Shown: one piece after another, positions 52,871 to 62,089 of the stretch
Numbering within the stretch: position 1 is the stretch's first letter
Layout: each line of letters begins with the position of its first letter
Origin: Nitrospirota bacterium
Lineage (GTDB): Bacteria > Nitrospirota > Nitrospiria > Nitrospirales > Nitrospiraceae
NCBI GenBank assembly: GCA_963703955.1
Contig: CAVPGK010000017.1
Span: forward strand, 322,858-386,857
Direction: 5' to 3'
DNA length: 64,000 bases
Notes under the pieces: generated by a model
The model's input: the letters and a program-made list of their open reading frames with translations, nothing else
The model's database searches: none
Told to the model about the DNA's origin: nothing
Program-made: the position numbers and the translations under genes

Positions 52871-53183
52871 GTGCTTGCCTCCTTGGGAATTGCTCGGCCG
52901 CGTAGCACGGCCCTCTTGGTGAATTGGTCGGCCGTGCATAGCACTACCCTCTTGTGTCACGTATCTACGAGTTGGTGGTTCTTGCGGTGGTAAGAATGGG
53001 GTGCATTGGCTGCCGTCAACCCTATACTCGCGGTCGCTCGAAAACAACTGGCAATTTGGACTGTTCTTCTGCCCTTCCGTATGAGGAAGTCCAGGTATTG
53101 GGGGAATGATCCGTTCAATCCTAGGAGAGAAGTGAGAGAGGCTAGAGTATTGAAGCGTGTTGAACAATGCTGATGCGGGAATG

Positions 53184-53212
53184 GGCCATAGGTTCGACCC
53201 CTACACCGCCCA
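53184..53212 (+). other. Degenerate tRNA 3'-end fragment (Val-like)
   Basis: ATAGG-TTCGACC-CCTAC-ACCGCCCA: T-arm plus acceptor 3' strand with no 5' half. Confidence 0.5.
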
Positions 53213-53559
53213 TCTCTTCAAACGCGCCTGAAACAGCCGCTTCAACATCCAAGTTCGCACGTACCTCAAAGGTCTTTTTTTAGTTCCAAAAAACCCTTGC
53301 TATCGAGACAAGGTGTTAGTCATGAGCTACGATGCCAGCATCATCCGACCACCAATGCCACGAAAACAAGAATGCCGCCCGGCACCCCTTCATGCCATGT
53401 TTGCTCGTTCAGAAAAGCGTCCACTACGGAATGCGAGGAATTACAGGGAACTGATAGGGATCAACATTGAGAACAAAAGTGTAGCAGCCGCAGTATTCAT
53501 ATTGATTTGGGGCGATTCCCAAGGAATTTTGAACAGCTCCGAAGTGCTCGAGTTAGGGT

Positions 53560-54252
53560 TTACGAATCTGCTTTCAGCTTGTACCCAACCCCGCGCACTG
53601 TCGTGATAAACCGAGGGTGCGCGGGGTCGCGTTCGATCTTCTGCCGAAGCGAGTGAATGTGCACGTCCAGGGTGTGCTCTTCCAACTCACAGCCTTCTCC
53701 CCAAACTTGATTCAACAATTCGTCTCGCGAGAACACGCGGGAGGGATGAGACACCAACTGCAGGAGAATCCGGAATTCCTTCGGCGTCAGGTCAATGAGG
53801 CGTCCGTCAACCGTGACTTCATGCCGATCCACGTCCACGCGCAAGGTGCCGACATCATAGCTAGGCTTCGGCATCGTCGCCAAACGCTCCCGGCGCAACA
53901 CCGCTCTGATTCTTGCAATGACCTCGCGGTACCCTTGATTGCACAGAACCATGTCTGCATCCCCGTCAAGGTCCTGCAAAGAGTGCTCTTCGTTGCAGGT
54001 ATGTCCGGGCGGGTGCAGCGCAATGACCGGAACTTTGTTGAGGTCATGTTCGCGCCGTAAGTGGTCGATATGGCGTTGCCGTCGATCCACCAGCATCATG
54101 GCGGGCATCGTTTGGCGCGCTCTCGCCACCCCACCAGCCACCGTACCGACGATCGTGACGCGATAACCGTTGTCGCCGAGCTGTTTCTCCATGGTTCGCG
54201 CAAAGAGTTCATCCGATGTCACCAACAAAATCTGCTCAAGCCCGTCGCCCAT
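53560..54252 (-). CDS. OmpR/PhoB-family response regulator with atypical receiver
   Basis: ARIRAVLRR, LTPKEF, SRDELLNQVWG, TLDVHI.SLRQKIE, TVRGVGYK. Confidence 0.9.
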   Translation of the reverse strand: MGDGLEQILLVTSDELFARTMEKQLGDNGYRVTIVGTVAGGVARARQTMPAMMLVDRRQRHIDHLRREHDLNKVPVIALHPPGHTCNEEHSLQDLDGDADMVLCNQGYREVIARIRAVLRRERLATMPKPSYDVGTLRVDVDRHEVTVDGRLIDLTPKEFRILLQLVSHPSRVFSRDELLNQVWGEGCELEEHTLDVHIHSLRQKIERDPAHPRFITTVRGVGYKLKADS

Positions 54253-54284
54253 TCTTGGCCCCCACCTCCGAGATAGCCTCGCAC

Positions 54285-54338
54285 AGGATAGGGGTCTGCT
54301 ATTTCGCGGATGTGTCCCCCACGTTACAGGCGTGTAAA
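54285..54338 (-). promoter_or_regulatory. Pho-box-like array plus -10 (regulator; possible autoregulation)
   Basis: Minus strand TTTACA (54333-38), GTAACG, GACACA, GAAATA at 11-bp steps, then TATCCT (54285-90). Confidence 0.6.
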
Positions 54339-54466
54339 TTCTAAGTGTTCATGACCCCGACAGCACGTTTAACAGGCGTCAGCCCGTCTGTATTAAGCTT
54401 GTGTAAATTCTTCGTGAACCCTGCCCTCCCGATTGAGTCCTTCCTCTCTCCTGGAAGTCTAAAAAG

Positions 54467-54520
54467 TTAACAGAGTCATGACCTTCCGTTGAAGGTGATG
54501 GAACAGACGGACACTACCAT
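54467..54520 (+). promoter_or_regulatory. Pho-box-like array plus -10 (CBS-psiE)
   Basis: TTAACA 54467, ATGACC 54478, TTGAAG 54489, GGAACA 54500, TACCAT 54515. Confidence 0.6.
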
Positions 54521-54605
54521 GGCGCATGGGTGTAGACAGTTTGAGAGTCAGCCCAGCAATTCAAGAGCGGAAATCTAAAACGGATTCTTTCAAAGGAGGA
54601 ATGAA

Positions 54606-54989
54606 ATGGTGACCGCTCAAAAGCTCATGAAGCAAGACCTGGCGAAAGTGCACGTCTCCGCGTCGGTGTCTGAGGCAGCCAAGCTGATGCGAGAGCGGAA
54701 AATCGGCAGCGTGTTTGTCGAGCAGAATGATCGCATCATCGGAATCGTCACCGAGACGGATATCGTGCGGCGAATCGTGGGCCGAGACCAGATGCCCGGC
54801 TTCGTGCCGGTCGCCAGCATCATGAGCAGTCCGATCATCGGCATTGACGCGACCCGGCCCATCACGGAAGCCGCCGATCTGATGGAGCGCAACCAGACCC
54901 GCCATCTGGCGGTCATGAAATCCGGGAACATCGTGGGAGTTCTGTCGGTCAGGGATCTCCTGCATCCGGTGTCGATCGATGAATTTTAA
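54606..54989 (+). CDS. CBS-domain protein
   Basis: Two CBS motifs (GIVTETDI; GVLSVRDL); AGGAGG RBS. Confidence 0.92.
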   Translation: MVTAQKLMKQDLAKVHVSASVSEAAKLMRERKIGSVFVEQNDRIIGIVTETDIVRRIVGRDQMPGFVPVASIMSSPIIGIDATRPITEAADLMERNQTRHLAVMKSGNIVGVLSVRDLLHPVSIDEF

Positions 54990-55152
54990 GGGGGTCTGCG
55001 ATGAAGGATTCTGTGTCTGATATCTGGTTCTCTTTCTTTCCTCGACCGGGATGGCTCAGCCGAACCGCGGACAAGGAAGAAGAGGCCCGTCCCCGGGAAA
55101 AGAGTCGGTCCGGCCGGCTGGGGCGGGTGGGTGAAAAGAAGGAAAGCCGGTC

Positions 55153-55698
55153 GTGGCCGGGTTCCAGTGGATGGGTAAAAACACTGAAGACCCTGTCTTG
55201 GCGGGCTCAGAGATGGGCGGATGGAAACGCGCCTGGGGCGGATGGGTGACATCGGACCTGACCAGTCTCTGGATGAGAGGGATCAAGATTGTTCTAAGCC
55301 TTCTGATTGTCACCATCCTGGCGGCACTCGCCGGCGGGGTGGCCAAGACATTTCTTGATCTGCAGCTCTTGCTCCACAGCCCGTTGGAGGTGGCGCTGCG
55401 GCACGTGATCATCGATACGCTGATTCTGCTGGCGGTGGTCGAAGTCTTCAAAACCACGCTGACCTATTTTTCCGAAGGACGGGTCAAGGTGACCTTTATC
55501 GTGGATACCATCCTCGTCGTCATGCTGACGGAAATTATCTCCCATTGGTTCAAAGGGGGCGATCTGGTCCAGTTCGGAGTGCTCGGCGCCATCTTGCTGG
55601 TGCTCGCAGGGATGCGCGTCCTCGCCGTCCGATTTTCACCCGCGCAAGAAGACGGACTCCATCACTCATCGGACTATGCCCAACGGCTGAGGCCGTGA
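55153..55698 (+). CDS. Phosphate-starvation-inducible PsiE family membrane protein (start uncertain)
   Basis: Four TMs; L.LL.VVEVFKT...YF.EGRV.V.FIVD..LV..L.EII. Confidence 0.75.
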   Translation: MAGFQWMGKNTEDPVLAGSEMGGWKRAWGGWVTSDLTSLWMRGIKIVLSLLIVTILAALAGGVAKTFLDLQLLLHSPLEVALRHVIIDTLILLAVVEVFKTTLTYFSEGRVKVTFIVDTILVVMLTEIISHWFKGGDLVQFGVLGAILLVLAGMRVLAVRFSPAQEDGLHHSSDYAQRLRP

Positions 55699-55805
55699 GA
55701 ATTTACACTCTTCTAACCTTTCCATGATGAAGGTGACATCGCACCCAGGTACTCTATACGATCAGGAAGTCTGGCGTTCCGCGAAAGAATGGAGGTGAGT
55801 CGCGA

Positions 55806-56006
55806 ATGAAATGCCCGCACTTTGTCGAGGAGCATCGCAACATGAGTGCCTTGTGCCTCGGTGTTGCGGTTCCATTTGAACCCAGTCGGGTCGATCAGCT
55901 CAACTTTTGCCGGACGGGCTACCACCGGCATTGTCCGCTGTATCGGAATGCCGTTGACGATCTATCGCTGGAGATCCACCAGGAAGTGGCCCGCGCCATC
56001 GGGTAA
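55806..56006 (+). CDS. Small Cys-rich protein
   Basis: GGAGG RBS; CP...C...PS......FC......CP.Y pattern. Confidence 0.65.
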   Translation: MKCPHFVEEHRNMSALCLGVAVPFEPSRVDQLNFCRTGYHRHCPLYRNAVDDLSLEIHQEVARAIG

Positions 56007-56036
56007 TCCCCAGATGCGGGCAGGGAAAACAGGCGC

Positions 56037-56480
56037 ATGAATATGACGGCACCAAATATCGGTGACCCATCCCTCTCTCAGACAGACAGACTGAAAACCG
56101 AAGGGACCGGGATTCTGGTTCTGGTCTCACCACTGCGGATTGTCTATGCGAACGCAGCGGCCAGGGTTGTGACCTCCCACCTCAAACAACTCATGTTCGA
56201 CGAGAAGCCGGGACCCGGATTACCAGATGAGATTCTCGACTTCTGTGAGAAGGTGATGAGCCTCTTAGAAGATCAAGAGAGTGACCACCGCGCTCAGACC
56301 CAGCCCTTTGAGCTTTGCCGAGAGATTCATGTGGCGAGCGAGCGCATTCTGCTTCGAGGGATAGGATTGCCGAGGCCGGAAGGCGGGGTGGACTCACGAG
56401 CCTGCATCCTGATGGACATAGTCCGTCCTGGAGTCGATCGGTCTGATGGGCCACTCAGAAGGAGCACGTGTTATGCCTAA
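56037..56480 (+). CDS. Hypothetical protein (PAS-like)
   Basis: GILVL....RIVYAN.AA resembles a PAS N-terminus. Confidence 0.5.
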   Translation: MNMTAPNIGDPSLSQTDRLKTEGTGILVLVSPLRIVYANAAARVVTSHLKQLMFDEKPGPGLPDEILDFCEKVMSLLEDQESDHRAQTQPFELCREIHVASERILLRGIGLPRPEGGVDSRACILMDIVRPGVDRSDGPLRRSTCYA

Positions 56481-56715
56481 TCCACATTCTCCACAAGAGG
56501 ATTTGATCTTGGACGTGCTGTCGTCGGGAGAAGTATTGACTCTGGAGCAGCTGATCGCAGAGGTACCGGAGTTGAGCTGGAGCCAGCTATTTCACGCCGT
56601 GGACGCACTCAGCCGGCACGGCGACATCGCGCTGCGACGCCGGGGGTTCCAGTACGAGCTGTCGTTGCGCATTCAACGTCACGCGATGGACTGTCTGGCA
56701 TCTTCATCGGCCTGA
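56473..56715 (+). CDS. Small hypothetical protein (winged-helix-like)
   Basis: AGGAG RBS; TLEQL....PELSWSQLF.AVD.LSR.G.I.LRR. Confidence 0.55.
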   Translation: MPNPHSPQEDLILDVLSSGEVLTLEQLIAEVPELSWSQLFHAVDALSRHGDIALRRRGFQYELSLRIQRHAMDCLASSSA

Positions 56716-56761
56716 ATCCGAACAGCAATTCCATGTATTTACAGGTACCACTTGAATCAGC

Positions 56762-56826
56762 TTGACCATGATTTAACCGTTTCTTAACATTCCGGCAATT
56801 GTCCGGCAATCCGGTTCGTTTAGGCT
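56762..56826 (+). promoter_or_regulatory. Five-unit Pho-box-like array plus -10 (pstSCAB)
   Basis: TTGACC 56762, TTAACC 56773, TTAACA 56784, GCAATT 56795, GCAATC 56806, TAGGCT 56821; similar layout upstream of the other pstS (46157-46220, minus). Confidence 0.75.
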
Positions 56827-56862
56827 ACCTCCCTGTCTAATCCTCAACCCAGGCGGAATGTC

Positions 56863-57840
56863 ATGCCTTATCGAATTATTGCCTTGTTGATTCTATGGTT
56901 CGGATTAGTTATGCCCCCGCTCGTGTCGCCCGAGGAGCGATCCGAGCTCGATCCGGCTCTGAAGCCGTACAGGAAAGTGAGCGGCGTGTCTGGTACCCTG
57001 AACAGCATCGGGTCCGACACGCTGAATAATCTCATGACCCTTTGGGCGGAAGGATTTCGCCGGCAGTATCCCAACGTGAAGATTCAAGTGGAGGGGAAAG
57101 GCTCGAGCACTGCCCCTCCGGCCTTGATCGAAGGGACCGCCCAGCTTGGTCCGATGTCGCGCACGATGAAGGAAAGCGAGATTGACAAATTTGAAGCCAA
57201 ATTTGGATACAAACCGGTCGGCTTCCCGGTTGCGATTGACGCGCTTGCCCTCTACGTCAATAAAGACAATCCGCTCAAGCAGCTCACCATGGAGCAGGTC
57301 GATGCCATCTTTTCCAAGAGCCGTCGGCTCGGAGCGAAAGAAGCGATTACGAAGTGGGGCCAACTCGGCCTAGAGGGGGCCTGGGGTTCGTCGCCGATCA
57401 GCCTCTATGGCCGGAATTCCGCCTCGGGCACCTATGGCTTCTTCAAAGAGCATGCGCTCAAGAACGGCGACTTCAAAGACGAAGTCAAGGAGCAACCGGG
57501 CTCGGCTTCGGTGGTACAAGGTATTACCGAGGATCGATACGGCCTAGGCTACAGTGGGATTGGCTATTCCACATCAGGGGTACACATGCTGGCCCTTGCC
57601 GAAACCGCGAAAGGCCCCTTCGTGGAACCGACACAGCAAGAGGCGAAGAAGGGCACCTATCCGCTCAGGCGCCATCTGTACATTTACATCAATCAAGCGC
57701 CGGGCAAACCGTTGAGCCCTTTGGTCAAAGAATTCCTCACGTATGTATACAGCCGCGATGGCCAAGCCGATGTGCTCAAGGATGGGTATTTTCCGGTTGA
57801 CGGAACACTGGTGGAGGCGGAGCTGGAGAAAATCAAGTGA
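56863..57840 (+). CDS. pstS: Phosphate ABC transporter substrate-binding protein (copy 2)
   Basis: Same PstS motifs; first gene of the pst operon. Confidence 0.96.
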   Translation: MPYRIIALLILWFGLVMPPLVSPEERSELDPALKPYRKVSGVSGTLNSIGSDTLNNLMTLWAEGFRRQYPNVKIQVEGKGSSTAPPALIEGTAQLGPMSRTMKESEIDKFEAKFGYKPVGFPVAIDALALYVNKDNPLKQLTMEQVDAIFSKSRRLGAKEAITKWGQLGLEGAWGSSPISLYGRNSASGTYGFFKEHALKNGDFKDEVKEQPGSASVVQGITEDRYGLGYSGIGYSTSGVHMLALAETAKGPFVEPTQQEAKKGTYPLRRHLYIYINQAPGKPLSPLVKEFLTYVYSRDGQADVLKDGYFPVDGTLVEAELEKIK

Positions 57841-57877
57841 GCGGATCTGTCTCGTCGCCGTTCACACAGAGCGTTGA

Positions 57878-60218
57878 ATGACCGAACTGACTACAAACTT
57901 CCCCGGCCCCCCGATCGAAGCACCTCCCACGCCATCTGATGCAGTCGGAACCACAACGTCCGGATCGGGTTCTCTTCCCCCCACGTCATTAACTGTTGGC
58001 CGCTTCATGAGTCTCCGCCCGCTCGTCGATCGGCTGGCTCGTTGGACGATCAGCTTCGGGGGTATCGCGGTCATTCTGAGTATCCTTTCAATCTTTGTTT
58101 TTCTCGTGATGGAAGTACTTCCGCTGTTTCAAGCGCCAACGGCCACACGTATCACGCAGCTCACCGTGCCACCTTCCCTCTCGGGCAGTGATGCTATTGT
58201 CGGCGTTGATGAACAGCAGGAGATCACCTACTGCCATCCAACCGAATGGGATCGTCTTTGCCTCGCTCTCGACCGGTCAGACGATCCCGGTTGATATTCC
58301 GCCCGCGCTACGGAACGCGCGCATGACCGCGATTGCCTCCGGCAGCGGAAAATCCCTCCGCTACTTGGTGGGGACAGCCGAGGGTCTGGTGATTCCCACG
58401 AAGATCACGTTTGCAACTAAGTTCGAGTCCGGTTCGCGGACGATACGTCCTTCAATCGTAGCCTCCACCCCGATCAAAGTGTCGGATGAGAGTATCCGGT
58501 CACTCGCATTCCGCTGGGGAGACGCCGGCGTCGGCATGGCCGCCCTCACTGAATCGGGTCGGCTCGTCTTCGTGCGCCTGAACCAGGAAGAGATCACAGA
58601 AGCACAGGAGTCAGCGGCGCGTCCGGTGCCCCTGGGTCCAACCGAACTGCCGCTCCCTCCGGGGCGCGTGACCGCTATGGCGCTGGACACCCCACTGGTC
58701 AATCTCTATGTCGGGACCAATGACGGGCGGGTCCATCACATCAGTCTCGGGGTCCCCGACCGCCCGGAGCTGGTGGGCTCCTATGCCACCGAAGGGGCGC
58801 CAGCTCCCATTACGAAACTGGGACTTTTGCTTGGCGACCGCTCGCTGGTGGTGATGACCGGCGCCGGTCGCGTTTCCACTTGGATTCAGGTACGCACTCC
58901 TGAGCAGCCTGATCGGTGGCTGCTCAGGCAGAATCACGTGTTGCCGTCCCATTCATCAGCAGTCACGGCGTTCGCGCCATCTCAACGTGACAAGGGGTTT
59001 GTGACCGGCGATGCGAGCGGGAATGTCTTCGTGCAGTACGCCACATCGGAGCAGACGGTGCTCCGTCTCCAAGGGGATGGGACCCCGTTGCGCGCGGTGG
59101 CTTTTGCACCGAAGGCAAACGGTGTGCTGGCCTACGATCAAAACGGCCAATTGCGCGTGTATGCGCTTCACAATCCGCACCCAGAAGTGACATGGAAGAC
59201 CTTGTTTCTCCCTGTTTGGTACGAAGGCTACGATCGCCCGGCACACGTATGGCAATCTTCTTCGGGCTCCGATGATTTCGAGGCCAAGCTGGGGTTGGCG
59301 CCGCTGGCCTTTGGGACGTTGAAAGGCACCCTTTACGCGCTGCTGTTCGCAATTCCAATTGCGATTCTGGGGGCCATCTTCACGTCTCAATTCATGCATC
59401 CAAACTTGCGCGCGAAGATCAAGCCGATCATCGAAGTGATGGCAGCCCTGCCGACAGTCGTCCTGGGCTTTTTAGCGGGTCTCTGGATGGCGCCGTTGCT
59501 CGACCGAATTTTCCCCGCTCTGGTCGGCATGACTGTCGCGATTCCGGTCATTGTGGTTGCCGCTTCTTTCGTCTGGCGCTTTGCTCCAGGAGGGTTCCGT
59601 CATCGCTTTCGTAGCGGCACCGAAGCTCTTCTGCTGCTTCCGCTGATTGTCGCCGGCATGGTGGCGTGCCTCTGGGCCAACGCAGGCATCGAGCAACTCC
59701 TCTTTGGAGGGAACTTCAAGGAGTGGTTGTCATACGCCTACGGTCTCCGATACGACCAGCGCAACGCGGTAGTCGTGGGAATCGTCATGGGGTTTGCGAT
59801 CATCCCTATTATTTACAGTATCTCCGAGGAGGCCCTGTCCAATGTACCGAAGAATCTGATTGCTGGATCATTAGCGTTGGGAGCGACACGTTGGCAGACG
59901 GTTACTCAGATGGTGCTGTTGGCCGCGAGCCCTGGTATCTTTTCCGCCATCATGATTGGATTTGGCCGAGCCATCGGGGAAACCATGATCGTGCTGATGG
60001 CCACCGGCAACACCCCCATCATGGATTGGAATTGGTTTAACGGTTTTCGAACCCTCTCCGCCAACATCGCCGTGGAGATTCCTGAAGCGCCTCATGGCGG
60101 AACCCTGTATCGCACCCTGTTTCTGGCCGCGCTCCTACTGTTTGGCCTTACGTTCACCATCAATACGGCTGCGGAACTGGTCCGACAGCGGCTCCGACGA
60201 AAGCACGGTACTCTGTGA
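57878..60218 (+). CDS. pstC: Phosphate ABC permease PstC, long form with beta-propeller-like domain; frameshift near 58230
   Basis: N-terminal TM in ORF 57878; WQSSSG.DDFEAK, GTLK, AALPTVVLGF, GRAIGETMIVLMATGN in ORF 58188. Confidence 0.92.
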
Positions 60219-60235
60219 GCGAGTAGAAGTAGCAC

Positions 60236-61927
60236 ATGGCGAATAGCACAGCCCAAGTCCGAAAACTTACTCAGAACCGTTGGCGCCCAGCTGCTTCCTA
60301 CCTGCTACGATTTTGGCGGAGCGGCGAGCCCTTCGTCTGGCTCACCGCGTCGGCTGTCACCGTCAGTCTCTTGATGATCGGCGGCCTGCTGGTGCTCATC
60401 ATGGTCAAAGGACTCGGGGAGTTTTGGCCCTCTGATATTGTGGAGCTTCGACTGACTGATGGCCGAATGGTGATCGGCCAGGCGATCAATGAAGAACACA
60501 TCCCCTATTCGGAGACCACGGAGTCTCCCGAGGGCAAGCGTCGCCTCCGGCTTCGTGTGGGCAATCGAGACGTGTTCAATTCGGATTTCAAGTGGGTGGA
60601 TAATGACACCATTGCCGCCCGGGACACACCGGCGGACCTGGTCATATTCGAACGCCGTGAATGGGGACCTTTACTTGGACGCCTGAAAGCCGTCGCTGAG
60701 GGGGACTCGACGATCGCGGAAGGACCGGCCGCCTGGACCGCCCTCTTGCCGCTCATCGACCGTGCGAACCAACTCCATCAGCAGATTCAGCGCGTCGAAA
60801 AAGACGAGATCGGAGACATCAACTATCAACTCGAGACGCTTCGCTTGGCGCAGCGCGCAAAGAACCGGGGCCGTGGCACGGTGAACGAGACCGTTCTTGA
60901 CCAAGAGCATCTGCAAGCCGTCAAGACTTTGGAAGCGGCGTACCAACGAGCTACCGAGAGGCTGGAATCCCTGTACCGAGAATCCGCGCTGTACCGGTTG
61001 GCCGTGACGCTAGCCGATGGCCAAGAATGGAGGATCCCACTGTCGCAGGTCATCACGGCTCACCGACCGAACGAGATGAGCTGGGGAGCCAAGATTATGG
61101 TGTACCTGGCCAACCTATGGCAGTTTGTGTCCGGCGAGCCCCGGGAAGCCAACACGGAGGGGGGAATCTTTCCGGCCATCTTCGGCACCGTGATGATGGT
61201 GCTGATCATGACCGTGGCAGTGATGCCGTTCGGCGTCATGGCGGCCCTTTATCTCCGCGAGTATGCCCGACAAGGGTCTGTGGTTCGACTGGTCCGCATC
61301 GCCGTCAATAATCTGGCCGGAGTTCCGTCCATTGTCTTTGGCGTCTTTGGGTTGGGATTCTTTGTCTACGCCGCCGGCGGAGCGATCGACAAGGTGTTTT
61401 TTTCTGAAGCCCTGCCCACTCCCACGTTTGGCACCGGGGGCATATTGTGGACGTCCCTGACACTCGCTCTGTTAACCGTCCCTGTTGTCATTGTCGCCAC
61501 AGAAGAAGGGCTGTCAGCCGTGCCTCGAGAGTTCAGAGAAGGCTCCATTGCGCTCGGCGCCACGAAATTCGAGACCATTTGGCACGTGGTGCTACCATGC
61601 GCGCTTCCCGGCATACTGACGGGATTGATTCTTGCGATAGCGCGCGCTGCCGGCGAGGTCGCGCCCTTGATGCTTACCGGTGTCGTCAAGCTGGCCCCGT
61701 CCCTTCCCTGGGATTGGCATGTGCCATTTCTTCACCTTGAGCGGAAGTTTATGCATCTGGGCTTTCACATTTACGATGTGGGTTTTCAATCGCCCAACGT
61801 AGAGGCCGCCAAACCCATGGTCTACATGACCACGCTGACCCTCATTGTCGTCGTCGTCTGTTTGAACCTGCTCGCGATCACGATTCGAAATCGCTTGCGA
61901 AAACGCTATGCCGGATCGGCCATTTGA
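60236..61927 (+). CDS. pstA: Phosphate ABC permease PstA, long form
   Basis: PREANTEGGIFPAIFGT, NLAGVPSIVFG, ARAAGEVAPL, HLGFHIYD. Confidence 0.95.
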   Translation: MANSTAQVRKLTQNRWRPAASYLLRFWRSGEPFVWLTASAVTVSLLMIGGLLVLIMVKGLGEFWPSDIVELRLTDGRMVIGQAINEEHIPYSETTESPEGKRRLRLRVGNRDVFNSDFKWVDNDTIAARDTPADLVIFERREWGPLLGRLKAVAEGDSTIAEGPAAWTALLPLIDRANQLHQQIQRVEKDEIGDINYQLETLRLAQRAKNRGRGTVNETVLDQEHLQAVKTLEAAYQRATERLESLYRESALYRLAVTLADGQEWRIPLSQVITAHRPNEMSWGAKIMVYLANLWQFVSGEPREANTEGGIFPAIFGTVMMVLIMTVAVMPFGVMAALYLREYARQGSVVRLVRIAVNNLAGVPSIVFGVFGLGFFVYAAGGAIDKVFFSEALPTPTFGTGGILWTSLTLALLTVPVVIVATEEGLSAVPREFREGSIALGATKFETIWHVVLPCALPGILTGLILAIARAAGEVAPLMLTGVVKLAPSLPWDWHVPFLHLERKFMHLGFHIYDVGFQSPNVEAAKPMVYMTTLTLIVVVVCLNLLAITIRNRLRKRYAGSAI

Positions 61928-61938
61928 GGATAAAAACT

Positions 61939-62089
61939 ATGCAGAGCCAGGAATTGGCGTCATTCATTCCCGACAAGCTGCGGCCCGTCCATGCATTCCC
62001 TCCTTCGGGTCATTCACAGAAATCCGACGAGCAGAGTGACCAAACGCCGGCGGCTGAGCCTGCGGTGAAAATTACCATCGCCGACCTGA
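61939..62089 (+). pseudogene. pstB: PstB N-terminal stub, truncated before the ABC domain
   Basis: Position after pstA with RBS; ends ...VKITIADL where the ABC first strand begins; no Walker A follows. Confidence 0.6.

Noticed and set aside
52091..52993. 300-aa plus-strand ORF
   Set aside because: Antisense shadow of the SYLF gene.
20508..60218. Programmed frameshifting in phoD, ushA-like, odc and pstC
   Set aside because: The breaks are isolated indels, some in homopolymers, consistent with long-read error or drift; no shared slippery site or structure.
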